This document shows positions 34,003-46,900 of a stretch of DNA of 64,000 bases, piece after piece. The notes below the pieces were generated by a model, which was not told the DNA's origin, did not search any database, and saw nothing but the letters and a program-made list of their open reading frames with translations. The stretch comes from Takakia lepidozioides. Lineage: Eukaryota > Plantae > Bryophyta. Each line of letters opens with the position of its first letter. Within the stretch, counting starts at the first letter, position 1. A program made the translations under genes and the position numbers. The stretch lies in assembly GCA_030704615.1 (NCBI GenBank), contig CM060733.1:20026001-20090000 (forward strand), in the 5' to 3' direction.

Positions 34003-35929
34003 TAGTGTGAATGTGATAGGATGCACGTTATGTCCTCCAACAGTACGCCTTCTAAACAAGCTGAATCGGACAAAAATGATTGCTGACTATGTCATTCGGG
34101 GTCTCATTTTGAGAGACGGAGCCCAGGTAGAGAGAGAAGACGATGTTAACAACCTCCAAATGACAATGACATGAAGGAGATGATAGCCTCAACCTCACAC
34201 TCAGACTCCAGGCTTCAAATCTCCAGCCGGCTAGTAATGATTTCAAACAACTTTTAGGAAGATCCTAATGCAAATACAAGTAGCCACCTTCCGTGACACG
34301 CATTCCTTTTCCTTGTCAGAATTGACATCGGCCTGTTTCTATCTCTCCCACACACAGAATTGAGACTCAACAGTGTTCCTCTAAGTACTGTACCCAGCTT
34401 CTTCACCTTACCACCCGACGACATAAAGTGGTCTCTCTTTCACTTATGGTCGGGGCACGGAATTGATGAGCTCCAATCACATATGCTTGGAGCCACTACA
34501 GCCTCACATCCCGGCCAGCAGCCTGCCATCCCTTGGCACTTTTTGGCAAGTAATACAAGGGGCCCACGAGTCTACCTAATGCGACCTGGCCCGCCGCCCC
34601 CAGTCTGGCCGCTTCACTGCCCCCTCTGTGAAGTACTGTTTACTTGTACATGAAAAACGAGCTGCGTGAAGCCTTGGCCTCTCACATGAGAAATAACAAG
34701 TGGAGTATGAGCATAGAATCTAAACGTACTGCACGGTATTCCACAATCACAAACAACACGTGAGTGCCAAATCGTGGTAATCTAAACAGCCAAATGTGTT
34801 GTCACAAGCCATACTGGATTGACAAGCCGATCAGCAGCTAAGTTAGAATGGAGCAGTCTGCACTGTGTACCACGCGGGTCACGTATCCGGTAATAAGTGG
34901 ATTTGAATTAACCGCACCATAAAGAGTATATATATCCGTCACAAGTATATGGGTGTTGGTAGTTGGTGAGCATTGAAGTGAGTGGACCAAATTCTTTTTG
35001 GTGAGCATCAGTGCTTTTTTTCTCTTTAACCCTTAAGTGCCCAAGCTCGTTTTCACCCTTTGGTGGAAAAACTTGACCCTGGCCCACAAAAACTTTTTTA
35101 TCTGGAGATTTTCTGTGTCCATGTAAAACTGACCGTTAGAATTACTTCCCACCTACCCCACCTCCTGCCACAAAAAATTTCATCAAAATCGAACCGCCAA
35201 ATGTGCAGTTTATAAAGTGTAGAGTGGGGACAAAAACAACTCTCCTCTAAGAAATAGGTGCCAAAAAAGGCAGCATTTTAGCCAATACCAGGGCGTTTTT
35301 TTTAAAAAAAATTTACAGTCTCAAGAATGTTGTTCTATACCTGATAACACACATCCTCAGAAGTTTTCAGTTTTTTCTGAACTGTTCTCAAGTGAACTCC
35401 TTTGTAGTGACAAACCGGGGGGTCAAATTATGCCATTTTCTTTGGGCAGACCAAAATCTCTCTTCCAAATATTCTACAAAAAAATTCAGCCGTTCAATTC
35501 CTAATCCCTCCGTCAAGGGCATCCATGTGAGGTCCCAAAATGTTTTTGAGACCAATCAGTAACTGTCATAGCATCTTTAGGTTCCCTGCCCAAGACTTCA
35601 AATGGCACACCTATGTTATAGCCTGCAGGCCTAGGATATTTGGAACCATAGCCCACAAGGGTAGAGGGTTTGGGAGCTCCTCTCGCTACCCAGCCCCTAC
35701 TTTCTTGGGGGCCTACTCCACCCTCAACCCTATGAAACCCTGCCCCAGGTTTGGCCCACCCCTCATAATGAGGGGTTTTGGACTTTGCCACCCCACATAT
35801 ATATGGCCTACCCCTAACCGGAAATGCATCCTGGGTTTTGTAGATGAAGGTGATTTCACCGGAAATACATCCTGGATTTTTTACTTTACCGGGATGTTTC
35901 CAAACAGTTTTGAATGTCAAACTGTAGGA

Positions 35930-36090
35930 ACCCCTGAATTTGTCTAAGTCCCTTATGTACTTGTGTGCTTGAAGCCCCTTGAATTTGTTCTAAGTCCTTT
36001 GTGTGTCTGAAGCTCATTGAATTTGCTTACAAGTCCTTTGTGTGCTTGAAGCTCCTTGCATTGTTCTCACTTCTTTGTGTGTTTTCAAGC
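35930..36090. repeat. Minisatellite, about 40-bp unit x4
   Basis: Repeated GTGTGCTTGAAGCCCCTTGAATTTG...AAGTCCTTT-like units. Confidence 0.7.
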
Positions 36091-37009
36091 CTGTGTGATA
36101 CATCTTGGATTGGGCTGTTTTTTTTAACTGTGGCTGCAGGAATCAGGTGGCAAGGTGATATCCGGTCATAATCATGATGTGATATTGTCTGAGTCATGCA
36201 AAACTGCGAAGGGAAGTATACATCAATTCAAAGAGTTCTTGAATTTATTCATGATACATACATATGAACACTAGTTCAGCCACGTGCTGAACTTAGTGAT
36301 ACATGTTTTTTGCAACCAGTCCTACACATCCCCCTACTGTAACTTAGACTCGAGTGGGGATTGAACCCACAAAAAAACTACCCATCGCAACCGAAGCCCC
36401 CCCATCCCCACCACACCATCCCACAGCCCCCCTCTCCCCCTCCCTTGATGGGGTTGATTTTCACACTGGGATTGAACCATGCAGAACCTGTACACAAGCA
36501 GAAAAGAAAGCTTGGCATTAGCACCCAAAAAAATGTCATGGAAGCATCATGCAAACCACAAGGTCAGTTTGCTGGAAAACCCCAAGGAAACCAGACAACA
36601 TCAAGTACCTTAGCAAACAAGATGTAAACCACATGAAAAGAGAAGTGCAATCTGAATGAGCAAAGCACATGAAACACAAGGTCACTTAGGGCTTTGAACT
36701 TAGCTATTTTCGGGCTGTTTCATTGCTGGAGGCAGGAGGTTCATGATGGGGCTGCAAACACCTCATTACTAAGCAATGGCGGCCCAGTAGGGCATCACCA
36801 TGAATGCACAGCCTGCAGCCCGCCCCAAGTGAAAGCACGAGCACAAAATACAGATGGCAAATGAAGCACCAGAGCAAATAAGGAAACTCTAGGAACCAAA
36901 ATAGATAAAACATAGACCAAAATAGGTGAAACATGATCGCCACAAAAACTGGCTAGGTTTAGTGGCTCCCAATGAACACAACATACAGTGCAGGCTGGAG
37001 ACAAGGTTG

Positions 37010-37700
37010 GAGCCACCCATAAATCGATGAGGCTCTCAGGAAGAAGTCTCACCAAGGTTGAATCGCACGTCAAAAATGTTACCAAGAAATCGATAAAACT
37101 CCATTTGAAGAAAGGCCAACATGCCAAGAACCATGACACCCAAAATCAAAATTCGCAGGTCAGTTAGGTAGACAATCAGAAATCGATGTGTGCTTGAAAT
37201 GTCACCCCAAATCGACTGAACCCTCAGGCTGGACAAATGCCATTGTGCCAGCAACCATGCAAAGGACACAAAATGCCAAATGACCAAAAACCGCATGAAG
37301 TAACCATGGATCCAACCATCGATGGCCAACATTGATGAGCAGGTCAGGCATGTTACCTAATAATCGATAGAATTTCAGCCCGCAGAAAGACTAACGTGCC
37401 AGGAACCATGACAGCGTGAATGGAAATTTGCAGGTCAGTTTAGTTCCACAATCGTGAATGTCACCCCAAATCGAAAGAACCCTTAGGCTGGACAAAGGCG
37501 AACATGTCAGACACCACGGAAACCTGGGCCACCCACAAAATCACGCCATAGGTGCTTCTCTCATGCTCGAGCAAAATCGATGGCCAAAAAACCGTGATGA
37601 AGTAACCATAATCCCACAAATTGATGGGCAATGAAATGAGCAGGTCAGTTAGGGTTTTCAGGAAGGATAGTCACCCCAAATTGACAGAACAGAACGCCAA
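37010..37700. repeat. Degenerate tandem repeats, probably TE-internal
   Basis: Recurring CAGGTCAGTT, GTCACCCCAAAT, AGGCTGGACAAA and GAAGTAACCAT blocks. Confidence 0.6.
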
Positions 37701-38568
37701 ACAAACGCATTGGGTGATTCTCTCATGCAAAAATCGTGCCACAAACATCCATACACCCCAAATGAAAGACTCCAAGCACTGCGCGCGAAAACAAATGTTG
37801 CATCGCCGCCATGCAATCCTCATGGGTGGGCTGCATTAGCACCAACACCCTACAAATTCAACACACACCTACAAACAGCTGGGCCCGCGCATGGGAGAGA
37901 CCTCTCGAGCCCTGAGCTTGCTACCCTCGCCGCAAAGCTCCATCCAGTCCGCCAGCCACGGGCCCATCCGCCGCCCTACCCATGCCAGGCATTCAAGGGG
38001 TTTTGGGGAAGCGTGCCGCCCCATATTTTCTGGGGTATATTTCTTTCATCCTAACCTGACCCAGGTTGCCATGTCAACAACTTGGGCAGGTTGGGGGGGC
38101 CAAAATGGCCTCAAAAAGCTGAGTTGGCCCCCTTCCCATTGGTCCAGACCCGTTCAAGCATTGACCAATTGGCCAATGCCGTATGAAGGGGGACCCGATT
38201 TTCTATCGATTGAGCCCAAAAAAGGCCCAATCAGCCTTAACCACAGGAAGTTATGGTTGGTTAAGCAAACCCAAGCGACCTGAATCGGGTCACTTTGAAT
38301 TTGCAGTTCGACCTAATTTTTGCAGATCTAATCTGAGGGGGCCCACTCTTGAAGCTTCAATGACAAGGGATTTGTCTCGAGTATGATGCAAAAAACAAAA
38401 TTAAAAAAAAACTAAAGTTACGCCCTACAAAAAAATATCTTAGATCTCTCATTTACGTTTTGGGCCTGAAAAGGGTTTGTTGACCGCTGACGTGGCAGGT
38501 AAACAAGCCCAAAACATATTGCACTCCAAAGGCCATTTTTGGCAGAAAATGCATATAAATCTGGTAAA

Positions 38569-38794
38569 TTGTCGTAGCTCAGTTGGATAAGTGCACTCTG
38601 TGTCACCCTGGTGGTTTAGGGTTCAAATCCTGCTACTCTATCCTGTGGGTATGATATCTTTGGTGACCGGTTGGTCCTGGTGGTGACGGTTCCCTCCTGT
38701 GCTTATCTGAAAGGGGGTTAATTTTTCCCTCCTCAAGGGCCTGATTTGTGAGCAGTCGCTCCCAGGTTTCTTTTTTAAGAAAAGAAAAAAAGAA
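38569..38794 (+). mobile_element. tRNA-derived SINE
   Basis: A box TAGCTCAGTTGG, B box GGTTCAAATCC, A-rich tail, imperfect 12-bp TSD AAATCTGGTAAA (38557-38568) / AAATTGGGTAAA (38795-38806). Confidence 0.7.
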
Positions 38795-39781
38795 AAATTG
38801 GGTAAAATGTTTATCCAAAGGAGTTATTGGGTGAAACCGTAAAATTTCCTAGTGCAAGTAACACAAGTCAGATAGCCACACTTATAGAGGTGCGAGTTTA
38901 TTTTAATCCTTAAACGCTAGTTGGGCCATTTTGGGCTTCCACCATCGCATAGACAGGTCTAGAAACCACATATCTAACCGAAATTGGCACAAAGATGGGC
39001 TCCAATTGTAGGGTGGAGATCCAGACACTTTTTTTTTTGGGGGGGTTAGAGTTTGGGTTGGTATTAGGTTCGGCACCATGTAGTTCTTTAGTGAACCACA
39101 CATTACAATATATATGTATAGTTTATCAGCGATCCAAGCCCACCTTATTTCTGATCCTAACTTGAACCTACATCCAAAGCCACATTATCGGTGCTAAACC
39201 TACAAAATTCGCCGAACATGCAGGTTTGATTTCATTATCATGTATACAACCAAGGTTGTGCAGATAAATAGATTTTTGCTTATCCTCCGGAAAGGTAAAT
39301 AAAATTAGGAGATTATTTATTCTCCTAGTAAGGATAAAGTTTTTATAGGTCAACTTATTATCCGACCTATGGATAAAGGTAAATATAAAATTGATGATTT
39401 TTTTATCCTCCAAGTAAAGGGTATAGGCTAATATATTCCTAAGAGTAAGATGAATGAATATTTCCTTCTCGATGCATCCCCTTTCTTCAAACAAGTATAT
39501 AAATGAATGAATTACAAAGGATAAACAGATTTATGTGTTTTTGTAGCTCAACTCTATTTTTATTTTGAAGGTGGTCATTTTAGATGTAAAAGTGGAGTTA
39601 ATTATACTAGTTAATTTGTGTCTCGTCCAACATCAAGTTCTTAATATGCTATGTACGTCCAGGTCTGACACATTTATCATTTTCCTCTTTATACTATAGA
39701 TAGATAGATAGATAGATAGATGCGTCCTTCGATAGGCGTCATATGTTATATTATTATTGGAGCAACAGAACAGGTAGCGAC

Positions 39782-40102
39782 CATCGTTGGATTGGTATAC
39801 CGATAAGAAACTGGTACCAATACTAGTATGTATAGTATACTGGTATGAAGTAATGGGCACATACCACTTGGATGTGGTTGTGGGTTCAAACCACGGTCTG
39901 GTGTGTCATGAAGGTGTCCACCTTTCAGCGAAGGTAGTAGCCCTTGTGGTGAAGTGACACCATAAGTTACGCTCCCTTCAGGAGGCGTTTTATATATATA
40001 TATATTCTGGTATGAAGTACCCAATCTGGTATCACCTCAGGCCACTACCTAGCATATACCCGTATTGGCCTGGTATCTGCTTCCTAGTACAATGGACGAT
40101 AC
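39782..40102. mobile_element. Degenerate copy of the hAT-type MITE at 59616-60113
   Basis: CATCGTTGGATTGGTATACC resembles that MITE's terminus CAGTGTTGGACTGGTATACC; TGGTAT-rich interior. Confidence 0.5.
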
Positions 40103-41187
40103 CAGTGTTGGCCGGTTATTTATATTTTTTGCTAACAGGCGGTTGCGGTTAGATTGGAATTCAATATTGAAATAACCTTGTAGGCCGGTTCCTTCAATTT
40201 ATTGACTTTCTAATAACCTGCCAGTTGCGGTTAGGAGTGACATGTTTTTTTGGCCGGGTATCCATAAATCCGGTTATCATTTTCGCTATAACTGAGGGTT
40301 ATATAACCGGTTATATTTATTTATTTATGTATTTAAAATAGAATTGGAATTACAGCTGAAAACATAAATATTTTTTCAAGCCTGCATTAGTACAAATAGA
40401 TCTAGCAGGCATATATATTTTAACACATGCATATGGAATTACAAAATGAATTGGGCTCATCCAAGGGTGATCTCAAAAAGTACCATGTCCTATCATAATA
40501 TTTCAATGCCCTGGCAAGCTCATTCATGAATCTTCTAGATTAGGAAATTATTCCCACTCAACAACATCCTCAAATTCCTCCTCGAGTTGTTCAGCTAAGT
40601 CAACTTCAACCTCTTTCAAATGATTCAAATCCTTGTCAATAGAATACCCAGGTCTAGGATCATCAGGCCAATTTTTCGCCACGAGTATCATCTTGTCCAA
40701 ATTATCCGTTTATAAACGACAACGGCGGAGTGCTGTAAGAATTCCAGCAATGGAAAAGATTCGTTCTGTCTCAATTTGAGACCCAACGATAGCAAGAATT
40801 TGTCATGCCAAGTAAGCCAATGCCATTGGTCTTCCACCAAAGCAATGGAGCTTTGCATTGTTCCTCGTCAAGTGCGCAATGCCTGAATAAAGAAACCTCA
40901 CGATCCATTATCTCTCGGGTAGTTTCAGCACTAGTTTCTGCTGTAGCAAATAGATCATGGCTGCTTCCCATCAACTGTGTTGGAACAAGATCAATAGGTC
41001 CGGACGGGAACAAAACAGCATACCACTTCAGCAACATAGGCCGTAAAAAAAATGCTCATCATACTGTCCCACTACACGCATGGCTACATCCCGACCCACC
41101 AAACTTGAGACCAGGCCAAGGCCTTTGAAACGTGGATCTAGCATCAAAGCTAACATATTGTGAGCTTTGATTCTACCTTGGGAAGAG
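40103..41187 (-). mobile_element. hAT transposon 3' remnant with C-terminal dimerisation domain
   Basis: AHNMLALMLDPRFKG, PLLWWK, ILAIVGSQIETERIFSIAG...RRCRL; CAGTGTTG terminus at 40103. Confidence 0.85.
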
Positions 41188-41189
41188 TC

Positions 41190-41640
41190 AATTTAAATTC
41201 TCCACACTTGTCCACCTCCAATAAATGGCGTCATTCCTTAAAAACATTGGTGATCGCCAGAAGTTCTTTGTTATGGATTTCATAATTGATTTGTACAGCT
41301 GTGAATTTTCGAGACTGAAATTCAATAAGGTGAAGTCGACCATCTGCACCATATTGAGAAAGTACAGCATCAAAGTGCAAAGTCTAATGCATTTGCTTTC
41401 AAGAAGAATCGCTTAGATGGCTCTACATGTGTAAGAATTTCTTGTCCCAATAAAACTTCTGTTCTTTTGTGAGTTGTGTCAAAGTTGCAACAATTTTGGA
41501 GTAATCTTTGTTGAAGATTCTATAGAAATTTGCAAATCCTACAAAACATTGTACGTCTCGGTCTGAGGCTAGAACCCACTCGACAATAGTTTTTATTTTC
41601 TTTTGATCCATGGAGAGTCCATGAATCTTACAACCAAAAA
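41190..41640 (-). pseudogene. Gypsy RT thumb / RNase H fragment
   Basis: MDQKKIKTIVEW...VQCFVGFANFYRIF; [12 protein letters not shown]. Confidence 0.85.
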
Positions 41641-41699
41641 ATTATGTCAACAAGACGGAGAAATCTGATCACTGAGTGAAGGCTATTTCAGATCATCAG

Positions 41700-44680
41700 T
41701 GCACAAGCCGGGCTACATTCTCACAACAGTGATTCAACTACAACATCGCCTTATTTTCAATCATTACTCAAGGGTTAGGATTCGATGGTCCACTTCTTGA
41801 TACTCAGAGCTTAACCTAAATGCTCTACGGTCTCGTGCTCTTGAGACTAATTTTGAGTTGTAATCTTCGAATCAATTTATTTCGAATCGAGTGAGATGAC
41901 CAGCGGTACTTGTTGCACAACAAACTTGGAGATGTGCATAGATATCAAAAACCCTAAGTCGCAGAGGAGACTCAGAGAAGTCTAGACTGCACCCGAACCT
42001 CGTTTCAAATGTGTATGATACTGTGTTCCTTATGCAACAGTAAAATCCTACTGACGGAAATCCTAGAAGACAGGAGAAAGCTGATTATCAATATAATATA
42101 GAACCCTGTCTGCGGAGAACAAATGGTTTCGTCTCTCGTCGCCCTGTCATTGTTGGATCCGCACTCACGAATTGAGAACACGAAAGCGAATTGCTCATTT
42201 CGCAAGAAATGCTATCAACTACTTTCGCCTCTCTACCAAGCGATCAAAAACTCACGCCTAACTTCCAAACACCTTTTCATTCTACCCTTGTGCTCTCCAG
42301 AGCTCTTGAAAGTTTCTCTCATCCTGAAAGAATTACAAGTCCACAACACTCACCTCAAGGTTGATGATTATAAACTCAAGGTTCTCCAAAGCTCTTCTAC
42401 GCGCATCCTCCGCTGTAATAACTTACGCGGCTCATCTTCACAGCCACAAGCCAATCGTATTCTGTCTTCTTCAGTTACCGAGGTTGTCCTCCGTCGATCC
42501 TCACTGCTCTCTCCCCACAGATATAAACTCATTGCCAGATAATCCTCTATACCAAATCTCGAAACAACGAAGTTCCACGACTTAGGCCCGAGAGAAGCTC
42601 CCGAAATGATGGCCCATAGGAAGAATAATGAAAGAGAGTACGGTTATCCGTAGGAGGAAGAGAAGAAATCCACTTGAACCCTAGCGGGGGTGAGAGGACA
42701 TGGGCAAGGCGAAAAACTGCCATCAAAACGGAACCCTGATCTCTGGAGCCCAACCCTAGGGACGTCACCCACCGCCTTTTCTTTATCAGTGTGCGACTAT
42801 ACAAGAAAGATCCCAAGAAGCCCAAAAAAATAGCAACCACTGGGAGTTGCCTTCCCACTTCTTCTGGGGCGACACAGTAAAAAAACCAGGACTCTCAAGA
42901 AAGCATGATCCCTTACTAGCACAAGACAACGCCTGCTGGAGCAAGGGTCTGTGCAACATATGAACAGGGGTGTGGAAGAGTAAGCCGAGCTTACCATAGG
43001 CGCAGTGGGCTCAGCCGTCTTGGCGGAGGGAGACCGCCCATAGGGGTTGAGGATCAAAGAAAACTCTGCGACGTTTGCCATAGTGGTGAGATCTACCCCG
43101 CCCGCCATCGGAGAATTGACAGGGGCAATGAGAGATTCCACACCCAGGATGACATTGACAACTGCAAAACCCGCTTTGAATAGAGCCTTGCTTTTGATAA
43201 CTCCCACATCTAGAGGGCCTGGGGAAATCACTCTCTATCACTTGTATAGGGCACGTGAGATAAATGGGTATTTTGTAGGGGGGGTATTACTTTTACTTTG
43301 GGTATTTTTTAGTACCCTATTTTTCCTTCTCATTTTTTGAATCCTACCTAGCCACCATTTTCCCTCATCTACACCAGTAGCTATGGATGTTGGCACACCC
43401 GTGCGACTCCCTTTACCTCAGACATCTTATCCTCCCCCTAAAAATATATGTATATTTTTGATAATTTTCCATAGGTATTATCTCAACCCTATAGTATTTG
43501 TTTTAAAAAAATAAATCATTATTTAAAACCCTATATTAATTTAAATTCCCTGATCACAATATAATGTACCCTTTATTAATTGTAAATGTTTTTTAATTTT
43601 TATCTTTTCTAAATAAATTGCACCCTATATTTTTGCACGTCGGTTGGAAATTTTTGGAAGTGACTTCCCCGGGCTAGAAGGTGAGGGTCCATGAGGACAC
43701 GCTTGTAGATCCATGAACTTCCACGGCTTCTTCTTCCTCCTCTGCTGGTTGGGATGTATCCAGGGTCTCCTATCTGCGCGAACCCTTGCCTTTCCCCGCA
43801 TGCGGGCAGTTGGACTACATACAAAACAGATCACTTTTAGCACTTCCTCTTTAATTTGAACGGAAATGAAGTCACCATCCAAAGTATGGAGCTTGATACT
43901 CTTACCAATATTAACTCCCTCTGGCATCATCACAACTATTTTAGGGACACCACCCTCTCGGGAGCTCTCTACAGCTGGATTGTCCCTAACCACACTCAAA
44001 GGAGCTCCATCTCCAGGCGTATTCACATTCAGAGACCCAATGAAAGAGCCGAAGTGTGCCCCTATCTCTGGGAGGAAGGCAAGATAGTTGTCAGGCAGAA
44101 AAGGGAATGCGATCACTCTGGGCTTATAGGTTACTCTATTCTTGTGACCCCAATCAATCTGGGGAACAAGGGGAATAGATTGATATTGTATCTGGACAGA
44201 TGAAGTTTTTTCACGAGGACTTTGTCTGCGTCTTCTTTGGTAATGAAAAGCACAGTGTAAAACCCTCTACCCATGGATTGGCAATAATGGTGAGTAAGAC
44301 CTCCTTCCGTTCCCAGCTGTTCTGCTATCCACTTACGAATCCACTTTCTGTCATGAGGTCTACCCGGGAAATGAGCGAGGATCCCATGCTATGTCATCTT
44401 TCTGGATTGAGATTTAACAAAGTCCATATTCAAATTTAGGACCTGCTGATCAACCTCTCCAGAGTATCCAGATTCAGACCAGGGAACCATCTCCAGGCTA
44501 GCCGGGACTGAAGAAGGGGCTGGACCCTTGCCCAAAAGAGAGCTTCCAACTTGCCCTCCTCTGCCTTTGGCTATCATGGAGCCTCTACCCCTCATACCCG
44601 AGTTCCCTTGCTTTCTACGCTGAGAGTTACCTCTTGACGACATGGCTTCAGTGGAGGCCGACCACAGCTTAGCCACTTAA
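41700..44680 (-). mobile_element. Possible highly decayed LINE (ORF1-like region plus ORF2 relics)
   Basis: FLPEIGAHFGSFIG...PKIVV...ICFVC resembles plant LINE ORF1 (DUF4283 plus knuckle); downstream frames are broken, with only weak ORF2-like motifs. Confidence 0.4.
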
Positions 44681-45419
44681 AGCAATCAGAGGGTAGCACC
44701 AACAGAGCAAAGTGAAATCGAGGAAAGAACAGAGTAGAGATAGAACCACCGAAGTACGAGAGAGAAGGCCCTCGCAGCTAGAGAATTATAAGATCCAAAG
44801 AGCTGGCTGCTTGATGAATGCAGGCACTGCAGGGTTCAGATTAGAGGGGGACAGGAGGCCGTCTTTGTATGCTCGTAAAGGCTGTCAAGTCTGAATTAAG
44901 CTCTACTCGAGCTGTATCTCGGGACGAGGGGACGTGCTGCGCTCAGCAACCCAACCCCACAGGGAGGCCAAAACAAGGATTAATGCAGACTGTCTTAGCC
45001 ATTAAGGACCCTCATCATCCAAAAGCCAAGTCTTCCTAGAAGAGAACCCGCGCCCAAGAGGATGATAGCGACAGGCAAATAGAAGCGAAGAGAGGCAGGG
45101 GAGGTAAGTCGGCGAAGAACTCATCCAAATTTGAGCGTACAGGATGAGGGAGGAGGGAAAATGCGGCGCACATCAAGGCGAATCCAATCCAACACTGGTG
45201 GCTCATGATGAGGGGCATGGAGGGAGGGAGGACGGGTAGGAGGAGACTGCGAGCATGAAGCTCACACGAATCGTACTGAGACTCCCCATGCCGCTGGAGC
45301 CAGGCTTGAAAAAATTCGAAGTCCTGGGCGCTCCCCTCACCGCACATTGCGGAGCAGTACACCCTCAGTACACCCTCTGTATCTCAATCTACATTTAAAA
45401 AGGCTATTATTACATCCAT

Positions 45420-46900
45420 TTGGACTATTTCCACCAGAACAAGTGTTGTTCGTATGATGCTTCGCTGCTGAAGAAGAGTACTTAGAAATTGACTACACTT
45501 CCTCCCAGAATGAGAGATATTGGTTGCTGGGTCTACAAGTATAAATTAAAACCATATGGTTCAGTGGAAAGATCTATATAAAGCAACCGCAATTGATTGC
45601 AAAAGCTAAATTTCTCGGCGTGAAAGAACTGACTACAATGAAACTTCTTCACCAGTTGCTTTACATTTTCACTTGTTGCTATCAAGGACAGTGCATTTTC
45701 TGAGTGTTTGACAATATGATTGAATGAGATGTGGTATTTGGAGTGCTTTGATTACAAGATAGGCACTGCATGGGTGTGGGATGGAGGCTTGGGAGACCTA
45801 AGTTATGCACAAATGATGATGATGCGAATAGAAATGAAGCAAGATCAGGTCACATTCGTTTGCATCTGCAATGTATGTGTGAGCGTGGCAGCCCTCGAAA
45901 AATGGCAAAGAGGTCCATGGTGACATCATCAAAGCTCGAGTTGTACCATATGTCATTCTAAACGTTGTCAGGGTAGACACATATGTGTGAGTTTGAGGGT
46001 GATCTGTGTGAGGTAGACCTATTGGCTGTATCAATAGTCATAACTGTTCATATGTCTTAAAGTGAGCACACGCTCACTATTGTAACATCTTCTTCATTAT
46101 CAATTACAAGTCAATCTCTCTCTCCATAAATTTTACACTTTATACACATATAGTATACACATATCACTTTATAAGAGAAAAAGTAGAAACTAGTCAGATA
46201 GAACTAGTTTACTGTAGCACTAATGAGATGCTAGCTGATGCTTTAACTAAGGCTCTTCCAAAGCCCAAGCATGAGTATTGCAAAGAGGCATTTGGAGTGC
46301 TTAGCTTTCAGAACATTTACTATCAGATTGACAAAGTCTAGATTATGGATAGATTAAGGGGGAATATTGAAATGATAGATAATCTCATCCATAGTTCTAG
46401 GTTTCATATGATATGGTGAATAGACACAACTCTTGAAGTATCAAGGATTAGGGTTACACGGATTGGTCAACTGAAAGGTTACAACGGTTACTTTGAACGG
46501 TTGTAGCTAGAAGTTAGCTAGAAGTTCTTTGTCTTCTTCATACAAAGAAGAAGTGTAATTATTATTACAGGAGAATATCTAGATCCATGTTTTTCCTCAC
46601 TCTCTTTAAATACATGCAATGATGTATGAGAGTAGATCATGTGTAATTTTGTTACATGATCCCGGTATCACTTGTATGGAGGAAGACAGACGTGGAAAAA
46701 GCCACTTAGCTCATTTTGGATGCCCCGGATTCCCAACCGCTGTACCATGCGTCATCAAACTTGTGAATATTATTCTAGACCTTCTCACCCCTGTCCATCG
46801 TACTCTTTCACTCTATCCTCCTATTTTCACAAATCAGGCCCAAATATCATCGTCCTCTTGTCAGCCCACACTGCCTACACTTGAAGCAGTTTACTGCCAT
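45420..46900 (+). mobile_element. Ty1/Copia remnant (RT start, RNase H end, PPT, 3' LTR)
   Basis: WVYKYKLKPYGSVER...DYNETSSPVA near 45528-45660; YHFIREKV...EMLADALTKAL at 46160-46260; PPT TTAAGGGGGAA at about 46354. LTR end uncertain. Confidence 0.8.
45720..45960 (+). pseudogene. PLS-type PPR gene fragment
   Basis: LYAQM...MKQDQVTFVCICNVCVSVAALEK-like PPR consensus, decayed. Confidence 0.6.

Noticed and set aside
38569-38640. Functional tRNA gene
   Set aside because: No convincing acceptor or anticodon stems; followed by a body, A-tail and TSD, so a SINE fits better.
43247-43628. AT-rich insert as a MITE
   Set aside because: The terminal match (TAGGG/CCCTA) is too short to support a call.
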